Shown here piece after piece: positions 10,604 through 20,351 of a stretch of 64,000 nucleotides of DNA. Under the pieces are notes generated by a model. That model had not been told where the DNA came from and searched no databases. It worked only from the letters and a program-made list of their open reading frames with translations. Both the position numbers and the translations under genes were made by a program. This stretch comes from a bacterium BMS3Bbin10 (GTDB taxonomy: Bacteria; Pseudomonadota; Alphaproteobacteria; Rhizobiales; Methyloligellaceae). Where the stretch lies: assembly GCA_002897995.1 (NCBI GenBank), contig BDTT01000024.1, positions 20,579-84,578 of the forward strand, given 5' to 3'. Within the stretch, counting starts at the first letter, position 1. The number at the start of each line of letters is the position of its first letter.

Positions 10604-10984
10604 CTATTCCGGCCTCCAGGGCTCATAGTCGCCGGTAGCGGGCGGTCTGTCGCCGGAAACCAGCGTACTGCCGCGCGGCCGGTAGGCGCCAGGCGTACCG
10701 GTCATGTTGGGCCGATGCGGTTTCTGCCAGGGCCGGGGCGAATAGTTTTCCTCGGTCGGCGGCACATCCACCGTGTGGTGAAGCCAGCCATGCCAGTCCG
10801 GCGGCACCTTGGAGGCTTCCGCCAGATCACGGTAGATCACCCACCGTCTCGCGCCGCCCCGCTCCCGGTAATACCGGTTGCCAAATTCATCCTCGCCGAC
10901 GGGCAGGCCCTTTCGCCATGTGAACAGGCGTGTCCCATAGGTGTTGCCTGTCCACCAGGCAAATAGTTCTTTGAAAATTCCCAT
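10604..10984 (-). CDS. NADH:ubiquinone oxidoreductase subunit NDUFA12-like protein
   Basis: FAWWTGNTYGTRLFTWRKG...DEFGNRYY...PPDWHGWLHHT is typical of the bacterial NDUFA12 family. Confidence 0.85.
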   Translation of the reverse strand: MGIFKELFAWWTGNTYGTRLFTWRKGLPVGEDEFGNRYYRERGGARRWVIYRDLAEASKVPPDWHGWLHHTVDVPPTEENYSPRPWQKPHRPNMTGTPGAYRPRGSTLVSGDRPPATGDYEPWRPE

Positions 10985-11098
10985 TGCAAACGACCGCTCT
11001 CTAGCCTTGTAGCGCGGGCGGAATATGACCGCTTCGCTCCCCCGTGTCCAGATACTCAGGACACCGGCGCAGTACGCAACTGCATTACAACCGCGAGG

Positions 11099-11326
11099 TC
11101 AATTCCGTTTGCGGGCACTCTCGCCATCAAAATCGTAAACGCCCTCGCCGACCGCATAGCATGCAAGGCGCACATATTTCGGGATCTTGATCGACTTCCC
11201 GTCCCGCTCGCCCTTTTCGTAATACTGAATCATCCGCTTCTTGAGCCCCAGCAGCTCGGCGGCTTCTTTCTGTTTCAGCCCGAGGGATTTGCGCCACTGG
11301 CGAAATTGTTGCGGCCTCATCGACAT
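11099..11326 (-). CDS. Small XRE-family helix-turn-helix transcriptional regulator
   Basis: FRQWRKSLGLKQKEAAELLGLKKRMIQYYEKG HTH motif. Start taken at ATG 11326 (MSMRPQQ); the ORF extends to 11407. Confidence 0.75.
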   Translation of the reverse strand: MSMRPQQFRQWRKSLGLKQKEAAELLGLKKRMIQYYEKGERDGKSIKIPKYVRLACYAVGEGVYDFDGESARKRN

Positions 11327-11798
11327 TCGCTCTGACCTGTTTGACCCCACACCCACACCGCTCATTGTTACAGTTACACTGCAGGGTTCAAACAGAAAAT
11401 ACGACATATTTCACCTCATGCGGATCAGGGTCCGGACCCGGCTGCCGGCCGGATGACGCTGGCCGCGCCCCGAACAAATCGCTGTCGCGACCGCGCCGGC
11501 CCGCCGATTCGAAACCTTTTTCGCCAGGCCGGACAAACCGGCCGGACCTCCTTTCAGTTATCCCCGCGAATCGCCGCATTATCCCCTGAAATTATCCGAT
11601 CATGTATCTTGAGCGGAAAATTTTTCCCGCACCCATTGCACCCGCTTTACGCCCCCTCGAATCGGTGTAAGTTACCCATGCAAAAAGTGCGCTTCGCCAC
11701 TCGTTTGCCGGAATTTTTCATTCAGTTCGGTCCAATTTTATCCTCAGATTTTCCACAGTTTACGCCACCAGGGGCGCACTGGGTGCTCCTGCATGTGA

Positions 11799-11814
11799 AC
11801 GCTACATATAGTAG
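11799..11814 (+). promoter_or_regulatory. Candidate single NrdR box overlapping a TATAGT -10-like hexamer, ~410 nt upstream of nrdJ
   Basis: acgCTACATATAGtag matches about 13/16 positions of the published NrdR box consensus acaCwAtATaTwGtgt. I found no convincing second box at the usual 31-32 bp phasing. Confidence 0.3.
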
Positions 11815-12014
11815 TCCTTAACCATATCATCGCAACATCTTGACGTCGCATGCAGAATCGGGTGACCTTGTCATTTCGCTGGTCAAACTCAATCCGGCAA
11901 TCTTGGAACGGGTAAGTACCGCGTTGAAAAGCCGCCCGGTTCACCGTGGCTTTCTCCTCAGATTACCGGGGAAGGCGAAGGGTTGCGGGAAACGGTTTCG
12001 GCGACTGGTTTTGT

Positions 12015-12086
12015 GCTGTTTTCGGCCGGTGAAGCTGTTTTCGGCCGGTGAAGCTGTTTTCGGCCGGTGAAAACGAAGCCGGTGAA
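12015..12086 (+). repeat. 19-bp tandem repeat x3 (gctgttttcggccggtgaa) plus a partial fourth unit, in the nrdJ upstream region
   Basis: Units counted at 12015, 12034 and 12053, with the partial unit gccggtgaa at 12078-12086. A perfect 6-bp stem with a UGAA loop (ggagcg tgaa cgctcc) follows at 12103-12118. Confidence 0.9.
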
Positions 12087-12222
12087 TACAAGCAATAATC
12101 ACGGAGCGTGAACGCTCCAGACGGGGACGTAGTCGATTTAGAGAATACAGGAGCCTTTTTGGGCAACCGCCTGAATGCGCGGGCATGTGCGTTCAGGATA
12201 ATATTTCGGGGATGGAAAACTA

Positions 12223-15200
12223 ATGCGCATCGAGCGGCGATTCACGACCAAAGGAAAATCACCATACGACAGCATCGAATTCCGGGACACGGGAAGCGAA
12301 ATACGCAATCCGGACGGTTCGGTTGTGTTTCATCTGGAAAAATTCGGCGTGCCGGCCCATTGGAGCCAGGTCGCGGCCGATATTCTTGCGCAGAAATATT
12401 TCCGCAAGGCGGGGATTCCCGCCTGCCTGAAAAAGGTTGAGGAAAATACCGTACCTTCATGGCTGTGGCGCTCGCAGGCCGATGAGGACGCCTGTGCGAA
12501 GCTCCCTGAAGATCAGCGCACCTCCGGTGAGAGCGACGCCCGGCAGGTGTTCGACCGGCTGGCCGGCACATGGACCTACTGGGGCTGGAAGGGCGGTTAT
12601 TTTTCTTCCGAGGAAGATGCCCGCGCCTTCTTTGACGAGCACCGCCACATGCTCGCCATGCAGATGGCCGCGCCGAACTCCCCGCAATGGTTCAATACGG
12701 GCCTGCACTGGGCCTATGGCATCGACGGGCCGAGCCAGGGTCATTTCTATGTCGATCACGAGACCGGCACGCTGAAGCAGTCGAAAACCGCCTATGAGCA
12801 CCCCCAGCCCCATGCCTGTTTCATCCAGTCCATCGAGGATGATCTGGTCAACGAGAACGGGATCATGGATTTGTGGGTGCGTGAGGCGCGCCTGTTCAAA
12901 TACGGATCGGGCACGGGCTCGAACTTCTCGCATCTGCGCGGCGAGAACGAACCCCTTTCGGGCGGCGGAAAATCCTCAGGGCTGATGAGCTTCCTGAAGA
13001 TCGGCGACCGGGCCGCCGGCGCCATCAAGTCGGGCGGCACGACGCGGCGCGCGGCGAAGATGGTGGTCGTCGATGTCGATCACCCCGATATCGAGAAATA
13101 CATCAACTGGAAGGTGAAGGAGGAGCAGAAGGTCGCCGCCCTCGTCACCGGATCGAAGATTTGCGCCGAGCGCCTGAGCGCGGTCATGCGCGCCTGCATC
13201 AATTGCGACGCCGATGGCGATGACTGTTTCGCGCCGAAAAAGAACCCGGCGCTGAAGCGGGAGATTCGCGCGGCGCGCAAGGCGCAGGTCCCGGACAACA
13301 TTATCCAGCGGGTGATCCAGTTCGCCCGGCAGGGATACGAGTCGATCGACTTCCAGACTTACGACACCGATTGGGATTCGGAAGCCTATCTGACGGTATC
13401 GGGCCAGAACTCGAACAATTCGGTGCGCGTGAGCGATGAATTCCTGAATGCGGTCGAAGCGGGTAGCGACTGGAATCTGATCAACCGCACCGACGGCAAA
13501 GTCGCCGAAACCATTCAGGCCCGCGACTTGTGGGAGAACATCGGCCACGCCGCCTGGGCCTGCGCCGACCCCGGCATCCAGTTCCATACCACCATCAATG
13601 ACTGGCACACCTGCCCGGCAAGCGGCGAAATTCGCGCCTCCAATCCGTGTTCGGAATATATGTTCCTCGACGACACCGCCTGCAATCTGGCGTCGATCAA
13701 TCTGATGATGTTCCGCGAGAAAGACGGAAGCTTCGATGTCGAGAAATTCGAGCATACGGTGCGGCTGTGGACTGTCGTGCTGGAAATATCGGTGCTGATG
13801 GCCCAGTTCCCGTCGCGCCGGATTGCCGAATTGTCTTACAACTACCGCACACTGGGCCTTGGCTACGCCAATATCGGCGGGCTGCTGATGGCCGCCGGAA
13901 TTCCTTACGACTCAGATGAAGGGCGGGCGATTTGCGGCGCCGTCACCTCGCTGATGACCGGCGTCTCCTACGCCGCCTCAGCGGAGATGGCCGGTGAGCT
14001 TGGCCCCTTCCCCGGTTACAAGAAGAATGCGGCCCACATGCTGCGCGTCATTCGCAATCATCGCCGCGCCGCGCACGGCAAAACAAAGGGCTATGAGAAG
14101 CTCGCCACCGCGCCGGTGCCGCTGGATCATGCCTCATGCCGGGATGCAAAGCTGCTGGAACACGCGACCAAAGCCTGGGACCGCGCGCTGGAGCTGGGCC
14201 ACGAACATGGCTACCGCAATGCGCAGGCTTCCGTCATCGCGCCGACGGGCACCATCGGGCTGGTCATGGATTGCGACACCACGGGCATCGAGCCGGACTT
14301 CGCGCTGGTAAAATTCAAGAAGCTCGCGGGCGGCGGCTATTTCAAGATCATCAACCGCACCGTACCCGAAGCGCTGCGCACCCTTGGCTATGACGCCGGC
14401 GCCATCACGCAAATCATCGACTATGCGGTGGGTCGCGGCACGCTGAAGGACACGCCGGGCGTCAACCACGCCGCCCTGAAGGACAAGGGCTTCAGCGACG
14501 ACAGGATCGAGGCGGTCGAAGGCGCCCTCAAAACGGCCTTCGACATCAAGTTCGTCTTCAACAAGTGGACGCTTGGCGAGGAGTTCTGCGTCCAGACGCT
14601 GGGCCTCGATGGCGCGGCCATGGACGCGCCGGGTTTCGATCTGCTCGCCGAAATCGGGTTCTCCAGATCCGACATCGAAGCGGCCAATCTGGCCTGCTGC
14701 GGGGCGATGACGCTGGAAGGCGCGCCGGGCTTGCAGGACGAACATCTCGCCGTTTTCGATTGCGCGACCCCCTGCGGGCGCAGCGGCACGCGTTACCTCA
14801 CCGCCGCAAGCCACATTCACATGATGGCCGCCGCCCAGCCCTTCATCTCGGGCGCCATCTCCAAGACCATCAATATGCCGAATGATGCGGGCGTCGAGGA
14901 CTGCAAGGAGGCCTACGCCCTCTCCTGGCGCCTGGCGCTCAAGGCCAATGCGCTTTACCGCGACGGCTCGAAACTCTCCCAGCCGCTGAACGCGCAGGTG
15001 CTGGGACAGGACGAAGACGAACTGGACGAGGCGCTCGACGCCATCGCCTCCGACCAGCCGGCCGTTCAGCGCGCCGAGGTTGTCGCCGAGCGCATCGTCG
15101 AGCGGGTGATCGAGCGCGTGCGCGAAACGGTGGAGCGCGAGCGCCTGCCGCAACGGCGCAAGGGCTACACCCAGAAAGCCGTCGTCGCGGGGCACAAGGT

Positions 15201-15963
15201 TTATCTGCGGACCGGCGAATATGACGACGGGCGGCTGGGCGAGATATTCCTCGACATGCACAAGGAGGGCGCGGCTTTCCGGGCGATGATGAATAATTTC
15301 GCCATCTCCATTTCCGTCGGCCTGCAATATGGCGTGCCGCTGGAGGAATTCGTCGACGCCTTCACCTTTACGCGCTTCGAGCCCGCCGGGCTGGTGCAGG
15401 GCAACGACTCCATCAAGAACGCGACATCTATTCTCGATTATGTGTTCCGCGAATTGGCGGTGTCCTATCTGGGACGGCACGAGCTTGCCCATGTGGAGCC
15501 CGCCGATCTCGGCGCCACCGTGCTCGGCAAAGGCGTGAGCGAGGGCAGAATCCAGCCCGACGCGGCAGCTCAGTTTGTTTCTCACGGGTTTACCCGCGGC
15601 CAGCTGAAAGACCGGCTGGCCGTGGTGGCGGGACAGCCCGCCGGGGCGAAGGCGGTATCGGGGGGGGCAGGATCATCGGGCGTATCCCAAGACATGAGTT
15701 CCTCCCTAGCGTCCGATAGTTTGCCACCACAGCCGCTCAGCCTCGGCGCTGCGGCGGCGGTCGAGGAGGCGCTCTCCCCTCCGGCCGCCGCCAACCTGTC
15801 CCTTACCGGATTCGCCGAACGCAACGAATCCAGCCTGATCCTCGAGGCCCGCGTGAAGGGCTATGAGGGCGAGGCCTGCGGCGAATGCGGCAACTTCACC
15901 CTCGTGCGCAACGGCACCTGCCTGAAATGCGACACCTGCGGGGGGACGAGCGGGTGTAGTTAG
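12223..15963 (+). CDS. nrdJ: Vitamin B12-dependent ribonucleotide reductase (class II)
   Basis: 1246 aa. Shows [21 protein letters not shown], the NPCSEY active-site region and a C-terminal CxxC...CxxC tail ([22 protein letters not shown]). Confidence 0.97.
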   Translation: MRIERRFTTKGKSPYDSIEFRDTGSEIRNPDGSVVFHLEKFGVPAHWSQVAADILAQKYFRKAGIPACLKKVEENTVPSWLWRSQADEDACAKLPEDQRTSGESDARQVFDRLAGTWTYWGWKGGYFSSEEDARAFFDEHRHMLAMQMAAPNSPQWFNTGLHWAYGIDGPSQGHFYVDHETGTLKQSKTAYEHPQPHACFIQSIEDDLVNENGIMDLWVREARLFKYGSGTGSNFSHLRGENEPLSGGGKSSGLMSFLKIGDRAAGAIKSGGTTRRAAKMVVVDVDHPDIEKYINWKVKEEQKVAALVTGSKICAERLSAVMRACINCDADGDDCFAPKKNPALKREIRAARKAQVPDNIIQRVIQFARQGYESIDFQTYDTDWDSEAYLTVSGQNSNNSVRVSDEFLNAVEAGSDWNLINRTDGKVAETIQARDLWENIGHAAWACADPGIQFHTTINDWHTCPASGEIRASNPCSEYMFLDDTACNLASINLMMFREKDGSFDVEKFEHTVRLWTVVLEISVLMAQFPSRRIAELSYNYRTLGLGYANIGGLLMAAGIPYDSDEGRAICGAVTSLMTGVSYAASAEMAGELGPFPGYKKNAAHMLRVIRNHRRAAHGKTKGYEKLATAPVPLDHASCRDAKLLEHATKAWDRALELGHEHGYRNAQASVIAPTGTIGLVMDCDTTGIEPDFALVKFKKLAGGGYFKIINRTVPEALRTLGYDAGAITQIIDYAVGRGTLKDTPGVNHAALKDKGFSDDRIEAVEGALKTAFDIKFVFNKWTLGEEFCVQTLGLDGAAMDAPGFDLLAEIGFSRSDIEAANLACCGAMTLEGAPGLQDEHLAVFDCATPCGRSGTRYLTAASHIHMMAAAQPFISGAISKTINMPNDAGVEDCKEAYALSWRLALKANALYRDGSKLSQPLNAQVLGQDEDELDEALDAIASDQPAVQRAEVVAERIVERVIERVRETVERERLPQRRKGYTQKAVVAGHKVYLRTGEYDDGRLGEIFLDMHKEGAAFRAMMNNFAISISVGLQYGVPLEEFVDAFTFTRFEPAGLVQGNDSIKNATSILDYVFRELAVSYLGRHELAHVEPADLGATVLGKGVSEGRIQPDAAAQFVSHGFTRGQLKDRLAVVAGQPAGAKAVSGGAGSSGVSQDMSSSLASDSLPPQPLSLGAAAAVEEALSPPAAANLSLTGFAERNESSLILEARVKGYEGEACGECGNFTLVRNGTCLKCDTCGGTSGCS

Positions 15964-15985
15964 AGGGGGGTTGCACACATACTGC

Positions 15986-16066
15986 GTCATTCCGGTGAAA
16001 ACCGGAATCCAGTGCTGCGAATGCCACACTCACCGCCGCTAAAGACTGGATCTCAACAGACCCTAG
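15986..16066. repeat. Dispersed REP/MITE-like element, copy A
   Basis: gtcattccggtgaaaaccggaatccag...gccacac..accgccgctaaa..ctggatc is closely similar to 54193-54259. It contains the 8-bp hairpin attccgg/ccggaat. Its 3' 15-mer ctcaacagaccctag recurs at 44568-44582. Confidence 0.8.
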
Positions 16067-16368
16067 CGCAGGCGTATGACATTCTCCCGAGCGTCAATGG
16101 CGGATTTCAGCCGCGTCCCGGCCTGTGAGGCCCGGCGCTTGATCGCATCGGCTGCCGCCTTCTCCAGGGCATTGGGAAGAAGCATTTCCAGCCCCTTGCC
16201 GCTCATCGACCTGGTCATCGGATAGGTTTTTCCGTCATCGAAAATGAGGGCGGTATTTTGAGCGGTGGCGGAACTGCGCGCCGTATGATTGGTTGTCCCG
16301 ACGGATGCATTCGCGGCCACAAACGCCAGACCGGAAATTATGAGAATTATTTTCGATGTCTTTTTCAT
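16063..16368 (-). CDS. Small secreted hypothetical protein (101 aa)
   Basis: MKKTSKIILIISGLAFVAANA signal peptide. GGAGGA Shine-Dalgarno 7 nt upstream of ATG 16368. Confidence 0.6.
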   Translation of the reverse strand: MKKTSKIILIISGLAFVAANASVGTTNHTARSSATAQNTALIFDDGKTYPMTRSMSGKGLEMLLPNALEKAAADAIKRRASQAGTRLKSAIDARENVIRLR

Positions 16369-16435
16369 TCGTCCATCCTCCCGAACCGGAAAATTTTGCG
16401 GCGGGCGGCTGGTCCCCGCACCGCCCCTCACTCCA

Positions 16436-16469
16436 TTGGTCGCGGGAGGGCGCGAAAAGGTTCAAAGAG
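16436..16469 (-). promoter_or_regulatory. Candidate ECF-sigma-type promoter (TTGAACC-N-CGACCAA), copy 1
   Basis: Minus strand reads cTTTGAACCttttcgcgccctcccgCGACCAA, that is GAAC-N17-CGAC, about 71 nt upstream of ATG 16368. It is near-identical to the block at 16965-16997. Confidence 0.4.
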
Positions 16470-16514
16470 GGTGTAGTTTTTTCCCTCGCGCTCATGTCGC
16501 CGGCAGGCGATAGC

Positions 16515-16546
16515 GCAAAAAAGCGCGCCCCGGTTGGGACGCGCTT
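16515..16546 (-). terminator. Rho-independent terminator of the 16588-16899 gene
   Basis: Minus strand forms the aagcgcgtccc / ggggcgcgctt stem followed by TTTTTT. Confidence 0.6.
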
Positions 16547-16587
16547 CTTTCCTTCCTCAGCTCCGCTGTCGCGAAGCGCCTGTTCGG

Positions 16588-16899
16588 CTATTTCCTGAAT
16601 TTTTTGTAGATGGGGGTCCGGCTTTGTTCGGGATTGGATCCGGACGAGAGGTTTTCGCTGGCCGATTCGGGACGACCGCCGCCACCATGTGAGTGGCCCT
16701 GGCACGCGGTGATGCCATTGTTCACACAGGCTATGCGGGCATCGTAATTGCCAGGATGCGCCGCATTGCACGCATCGACAACATTGTCGGTACACGCGCC
16801 GAGAGAATGCGCCGATGCAATCGCGCCAAATCCGGCGATCAGGGGAAGCGCAAGGGCCGCGGCGCTTACAGTCTTTTTCACAGTGAACAGTTTGGTCAT
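16588..16899 (-). CDS. Small secreted Cys-rich hypothetical protein (103 aa)
   Basis: MTKLFTVKKTVSAAALALPLIAGFGAIASA signal peptide, five Cys in the mature part and a HSHGGGG stretch. GGAGAG Shine-Dalgarno before ATG 16899. Confidence 0.6.
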   Translation of the reverse strand: MTKLFTVKKTVSAAALALPLIAGFGAIASAHSLGACTDNVVDACNAAHPGNYDARIACVNNGITACQGHSHGGGGRPESASENLSSGSNPEQSRTPIYKKFRK

Positions 16900-16964
16900 T
16901 TTATCTCTCCGTGATTTCGTCATTTGGATTTGCATTTTTTGGCCTCCAACCGGCCGTCCAGACG

Positions 16965-16997
16965 TTGGTCGCGGGAGAGCGTGAAAAGGTTCAAGAG
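16965..16997 (-). promoter_or_regulatory. Candidate ECF-sigma-type promoter, copy 2
   Basis: Minus strand reads tcTTGAACCttttcacgctctcccgCGACCAA, that is GAAC-N17-CGAC, about 69 nt upstream of ATG 16899. Confidence 0.4.
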
Positions 16998-17030
16998 ATG
17001 AGAAAAAATGCGGCGTGAAATTCCGGGCCG

Positions 17031-17795
17031 TCAGAATTTTCCTGTGGCCGGCGGGTTTTCAATCAAAGCGCGCAGCAGCAGATAGAGCGTCACCGCGTTG
17101 AGAATGTGCCACAGCGAATGGGTGCCGATGGCGATTGTTTGCCCGCCCATCTCGCGGACCATGCAGCCAAGGGGAGCCGCCGCCGGCCAGCCGTCGATGG
17201 TGCGCAAAACGAGCGACAGGGCGAAAACGCACATGGCCGACAGCACCCAGTCGGTCGCGCCATGTCTGCGCCGGTGGAGCAGGATTCCGACGATCAGAAG
17301 AGCCGCCAATGCGGGCGCATAGGCGAGCGAGCCATTGAGGGATGAGCCAAGGAACGCGCAAAGTCCGGCGGGAATGGGCCCCCCGCACAGGAACATGCCC
17401 ACCGTCAGACCCACCAGCAGACCCGAAATGAGACACGCCGGCGCCAGGGACATATTCAGGAACCACCTCAGCGCGACGGCGATATAGACGGCCACGAACG
17501 CCGCAATCGGCGCGACATCGGCCAGCCGCGCCCACCCGGTCGCATAGGTGTGGAAGAGGAAACTGCCCACCCCGACGGCGATGAGAAGTCCGATCAGGCC
17601 CAGGATGGTGCGGCTGCCGCGTTTAAGGCCGCTGACGCGCAAATCCGTGTAGACCAAAGCCGCGGCGAACAAAAACGCCAGGTTGGACATGGCGTTGAGC
17701 GGCTCGGCCCAGAAATCAGGATCAAGCGCCCGCTCGCAATAGCAGCTCACCTGATCCCAGGATGTCAGGCCCTCCGCCCCGCATGGCTGTATCAT
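17031..17795 (-). CDS. Ceramidase-family (alkaline phytoceramidase-like) integral membrane protein
   Basis: Seven predicted TM segments. The N-terminal CYCE...FWAEPLNAMSNLAFL and C-terminal H..WH motifs resemble the PF05875 family. Assigned from memory of the family pattern only. Confidence 0.5.
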   Translation of the reverse strand: MIQPCGAEGLTSWDQVSCYCERALDPDFWAEPLNAMSNLAFLFAAALVYTDLRVSGLKRGSRTILGLIGLLIAVGVGSFLFHTYATGWARLADVAPIAAFVAVYIAVALRWFLNMSLAPACLISGLLVGLTVGMFLCGGPIPAGLCAFLGSSLNGSLAYAPALAALLIVGILLHRRRHGATDWVLSAMCVFALSLVLRTIDGWPAAAPLGCMVREMGGQTIAIGTHSLWHILNAVTLYLLLRALIENPPATGKF

Positions 17796-17821
17796 GCGAT
17801 TTACTCGCTCCTGTTATCGCT

Positions 17822-18562
17822 CTAATCGGCCGCCCGCGCGACATCGGCAACCCCTTGCGCCTCAAGCATCTCCCACAGGGCCTTCAGGGCCTGTTCCAGT
17901 CTGCCTTCATCGCTCGAGCGCAGCACCAGATTGGTCCCGAGCCTGCCGTTCTCAAAAAAAGGATAGCTGCCCATCGGAACATCCGAAAACTCTTCCTGCA
18001 GTTTCGCGAGACCCGGCGCCATCTCCCCTTCGGGCCGGTCAACGCGCACGGATCTGGTCAGCAGCTTGCGCCCCGTCCTGAGGCGCGGCGCCACGTCGTC
18101 GAGCATCACCTGCATGATCTTCGGCACGCCGGCCATGACAATCACATTGCCGATCATGAAACCCGGAGCCCTGGACACCGAATTTTCGATCAATTCCGCG
18201 CCTTGGGGGATGCGCGCCATGCGCAGCCGGGTTTCGGTCAGGTCTTTCGCCTCATAGCGCTCGCGCATCAGGGCAACCGCCCGCTCATCGATTTCGATCG
18301 GCACGCCAAACGCCTTCGCCACGCTTTCAGCGGTAATATCGTCATGGGTCGGGCCGATGCCGCCCGTGGTGAACACATAGTCATACGCCGCGCGCAGGGC
18401 GTTGAGCGCATCGACAATCTCATCCTCCACATCGCCAACCACCCGCACCTCGCGCAGGCGAATGCCGATCCGGGTCATATACTCCGCGATATAGCCGATA
18501 TTCCGGTCCCTGGTGCGCCCGGACAGGATTTCATCGCCGATCACAATCAGCGCCGCAGTCAC
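17822..18562 (-). CDS. CinA-like molybdopterin-binding (MoCF biosynthesis) domain protein
   Basis: ALIVIGDEILSGRTRDRNIGY...FTTGGIGPTHDDIT motifs. The likely GTG start at 18562 sits just before TAALIVIGDE; the ORF extends to 18652. Confidence 0.8.
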   Translation of the reverse strand: MTAALIVIGDEILSGRTRDRNIGYIAEYMTRIGIRLREVRVVGDVEDEIVDALNALRAAYDYVFTTGGIGPTHDDITAESVAKAFGVPIEIDERAVALMRERYEAKDLTETRLRMARIPQGAELIENSVSRAPGFMIGNVIVMAGVPKIMQVMLDDVAPRLRTGRKLLTRSVRVDRPEGEMAPGLAKLQEEFSDVPMGSYPFFENGRLGTNLVLRSSDEGRLEQALKALWEMLEAQGVADVARAAD

Positions 18563-18689
18563 GATGTCTTGTCCACCTGCATCATTTTCCGGCACAGGAA
18601 ATCCTCCAATCGACGCCCGGCATTGCAATATCCGCCGCTTGCGCCCTATCATCTTGCGGTGACCGGGCGCTCTTCATATGGTCCCGCCC

Positions 18690-19403
18690 ATGCAATTTCC
18701 GGCACCGCTCATCCGCGGACAACTCATCAAACGCTATAAACGCTTCCTCGCCGATGTGAAACTCGACAGCGGCGGGGAAATCACCGCCCATTGCGCAAAT
18801 CCCGGCGCCATGCTCGGCCTGGTCGCGCCGGGGTCGCCCGTATGGCTGTCCATAAGCGACAATCCCAAGCGCAAGCTCAAATTTTCCTGGGAGCTTGTCG
18901 AGGTGGATATGGGCGCGGGCCCAACCCTTGTCGGCATCAATACCGGCCACCCGAACGCGCTCGTGGCTGAGGCCATTTCTTCCGGTATTATCAATGAATT
19001 ATCTGGCTATCCTGAGATGCGCCGAGAGGTAAAATACGGGGTCAACAGCCGTATTGATATTTTACTCGAGAAATCCGGCTTATCGCGTTGTTATGTCGAA
19101 GTTAAAAACGTTCACCTTATGCGCCAACCCGGATTGGCCGAATTCCCCGATTCCGTCACCGCCCGCGGTGCAAAACATCTTGCCGAGCTCTCCGCCATGG
19201 TGGCCGAGGGCCATCGCGCTGTGATGGTCTATCTGGTGCAACGGGCGGACGCGGCAGACTTTTCGCTCGCCCGCGATATCGACCCCGCATACGGCAACGC
19301 CTTCGACGCCGCCGCCAGGGCCGGCGTCGAGGCCCTCGCCTATGCCTGCGAGCTGGCGCCCGAGGGTATCGAAGTCTCGCGGCGCATACCCGTCATTGAG
19401 TGA
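18690..19403 (+). CDS. sfsA: DNA/RNA nuclease SfsA (sugar fermentation stimulation protein homolog)
   Basis: [11 protein letters not shown]...AHCANPGAM...YVEVKNV motifs. Confidence 0.9.
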   Translation: MQFPAPLIRGQLIKRYKRFLADVKLDSGGEITAHCANPGAMLGLVAPGSPVWLSISDNPKRKLKFSWELVEVDMGAGPTLVGINTGHPNALVAEAISSGIINELSGYPEMRREVKYGVNSRIDILLEKSGLSRCYVEVKNVHLMRQPGLAEFPDSVTARGAKHLAELSAMVAEGHRAVMVYLVQRADAADFSLARDIDPAYGNAFDAAARAGVEALAYACELAPEGIEVSRRIPVIE

Positions 19404-19505
19404 TTTTCGCCTTGACCCGGGCCTGTCATGCCGGTCACATCTGTTGCGCATTCATGCATTTCACCGTAAGTCAGAAACAAACCGCATGAGAGGAAGCGGA
19501 CCCTC

Positions 19506-20330
19506 ATGTCCAATCTGGAACTTGCCCGCGCCGCAAGGCCGGACAGCAAAATCAAAATTTACGGGGCCGACGCCTTCGACGGCATGCGCCGGGCCGGCCA
19601 GTTGACGGCGCGCGTGCTGGATCTGCTGGTGGCGGAGGTCAGGCCGGGTATTACGACCCAGTCGCTTGACGATTTCGTTTTTGAATACGCCATGGACCAT
19701 GGCGCGATCCCGGCGCCGCTCAACTATCGCGGCTTCACCAAATCCATTTGCACATCGCTGAACCATGTGGTGTGTCACGGCATTCCGGGCACGCGGGTCC
19801 TCAAGGAAGGCGACATTCTCAATGTGGATGTCACGCTGATCCTCGAGGGGTGGCACGGCGATTCCAGCCGCATGTACCCTGTTGGCGGTATCTCGCGCGC
19901 GGCGGAGCGGCTGATTGCCGTGACTTATGAATCGCTGATGCGCGGCGTCGCGGCGGTCAAGCCCGGCAATCACATCGGCGATATCGGCGCGGCGATCCAG
20001 GCCTATGTGGAGCCTGAACGCTGTAGCGTCGTCAGGGACTTTTGCGGTCATGGCATCGGGCAGGTGTTTCATGACCGGCCGAATATCCTGCATTATGGGC
20101 GCCCCGGCGAGGGCATCGAGATGCGTGCCGGCATGCTCTTCACCATCGAGCCGATGATCAATCTCGGCAAACCGCAGGTGAAGATCAAATCCGACGGCTG
20201 GACCGCCGTCACCCGCGACCGCTCGCTGTCCGCCCAGTTCGAACATACGGTCGGTGTAAGCGAGAGCGGCGTTGACATTTTCACCACATCTCCGGCGGGC
20301 CTTCACCATCCACCCTACGAGACCGGATGA
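19506..20330 (+). CDS. map: Type I methionine aminopeptidase
   Basis: VCHGIP...DIVNVDV...GWHGD...HGIG...FTIEPM metal-ligand pattern. Confidence 0.95.
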   Translation: MSNLELARAARPDSKIKIYGADAFDGMRRAGQLTARVLDLLVAEVRPGITTQSLDDFVFEYAMDHGAIPAPLNYRGFTKSICTSLNHVVCHGIPGTRVLKEGDILNVDVTLILEGWHGDSSRMYPVGGISRAAERLIAVTYESLMRGVAAVKPGNHIGDIGAAIQAYVEPERCSVVRDFCGHGIGQVFHDRPNILHYGRPGEGIEMRAGMLFTIEPMINLGKPQVKIKSDGWTAVTRDRSLSAQFEHTVGVSESGVDIFTTSPAGLHHPPYETG

Positions 20331-20351
20331 GACCTGATGAGACCTTAAAGA

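Noticed and set aside
11880-12222. Possible adenosylcobalamin riboswitch upstream of the B12-dependent nrdJ (fragments such as ggaacgggtaagtacc and ccggggaaggcg vaguely resemble the GGGAA/GGUG and GGGAAGGC segments)
   Set aside because: I found no recognisable B12 box (AGCCAGGAGACCTGCC-like), and the candidate helices do not pair. B12 riboswitches are known to repress B12-independent isozymes, not nrdJ. An Infernal scan with RF00174 would settle it.
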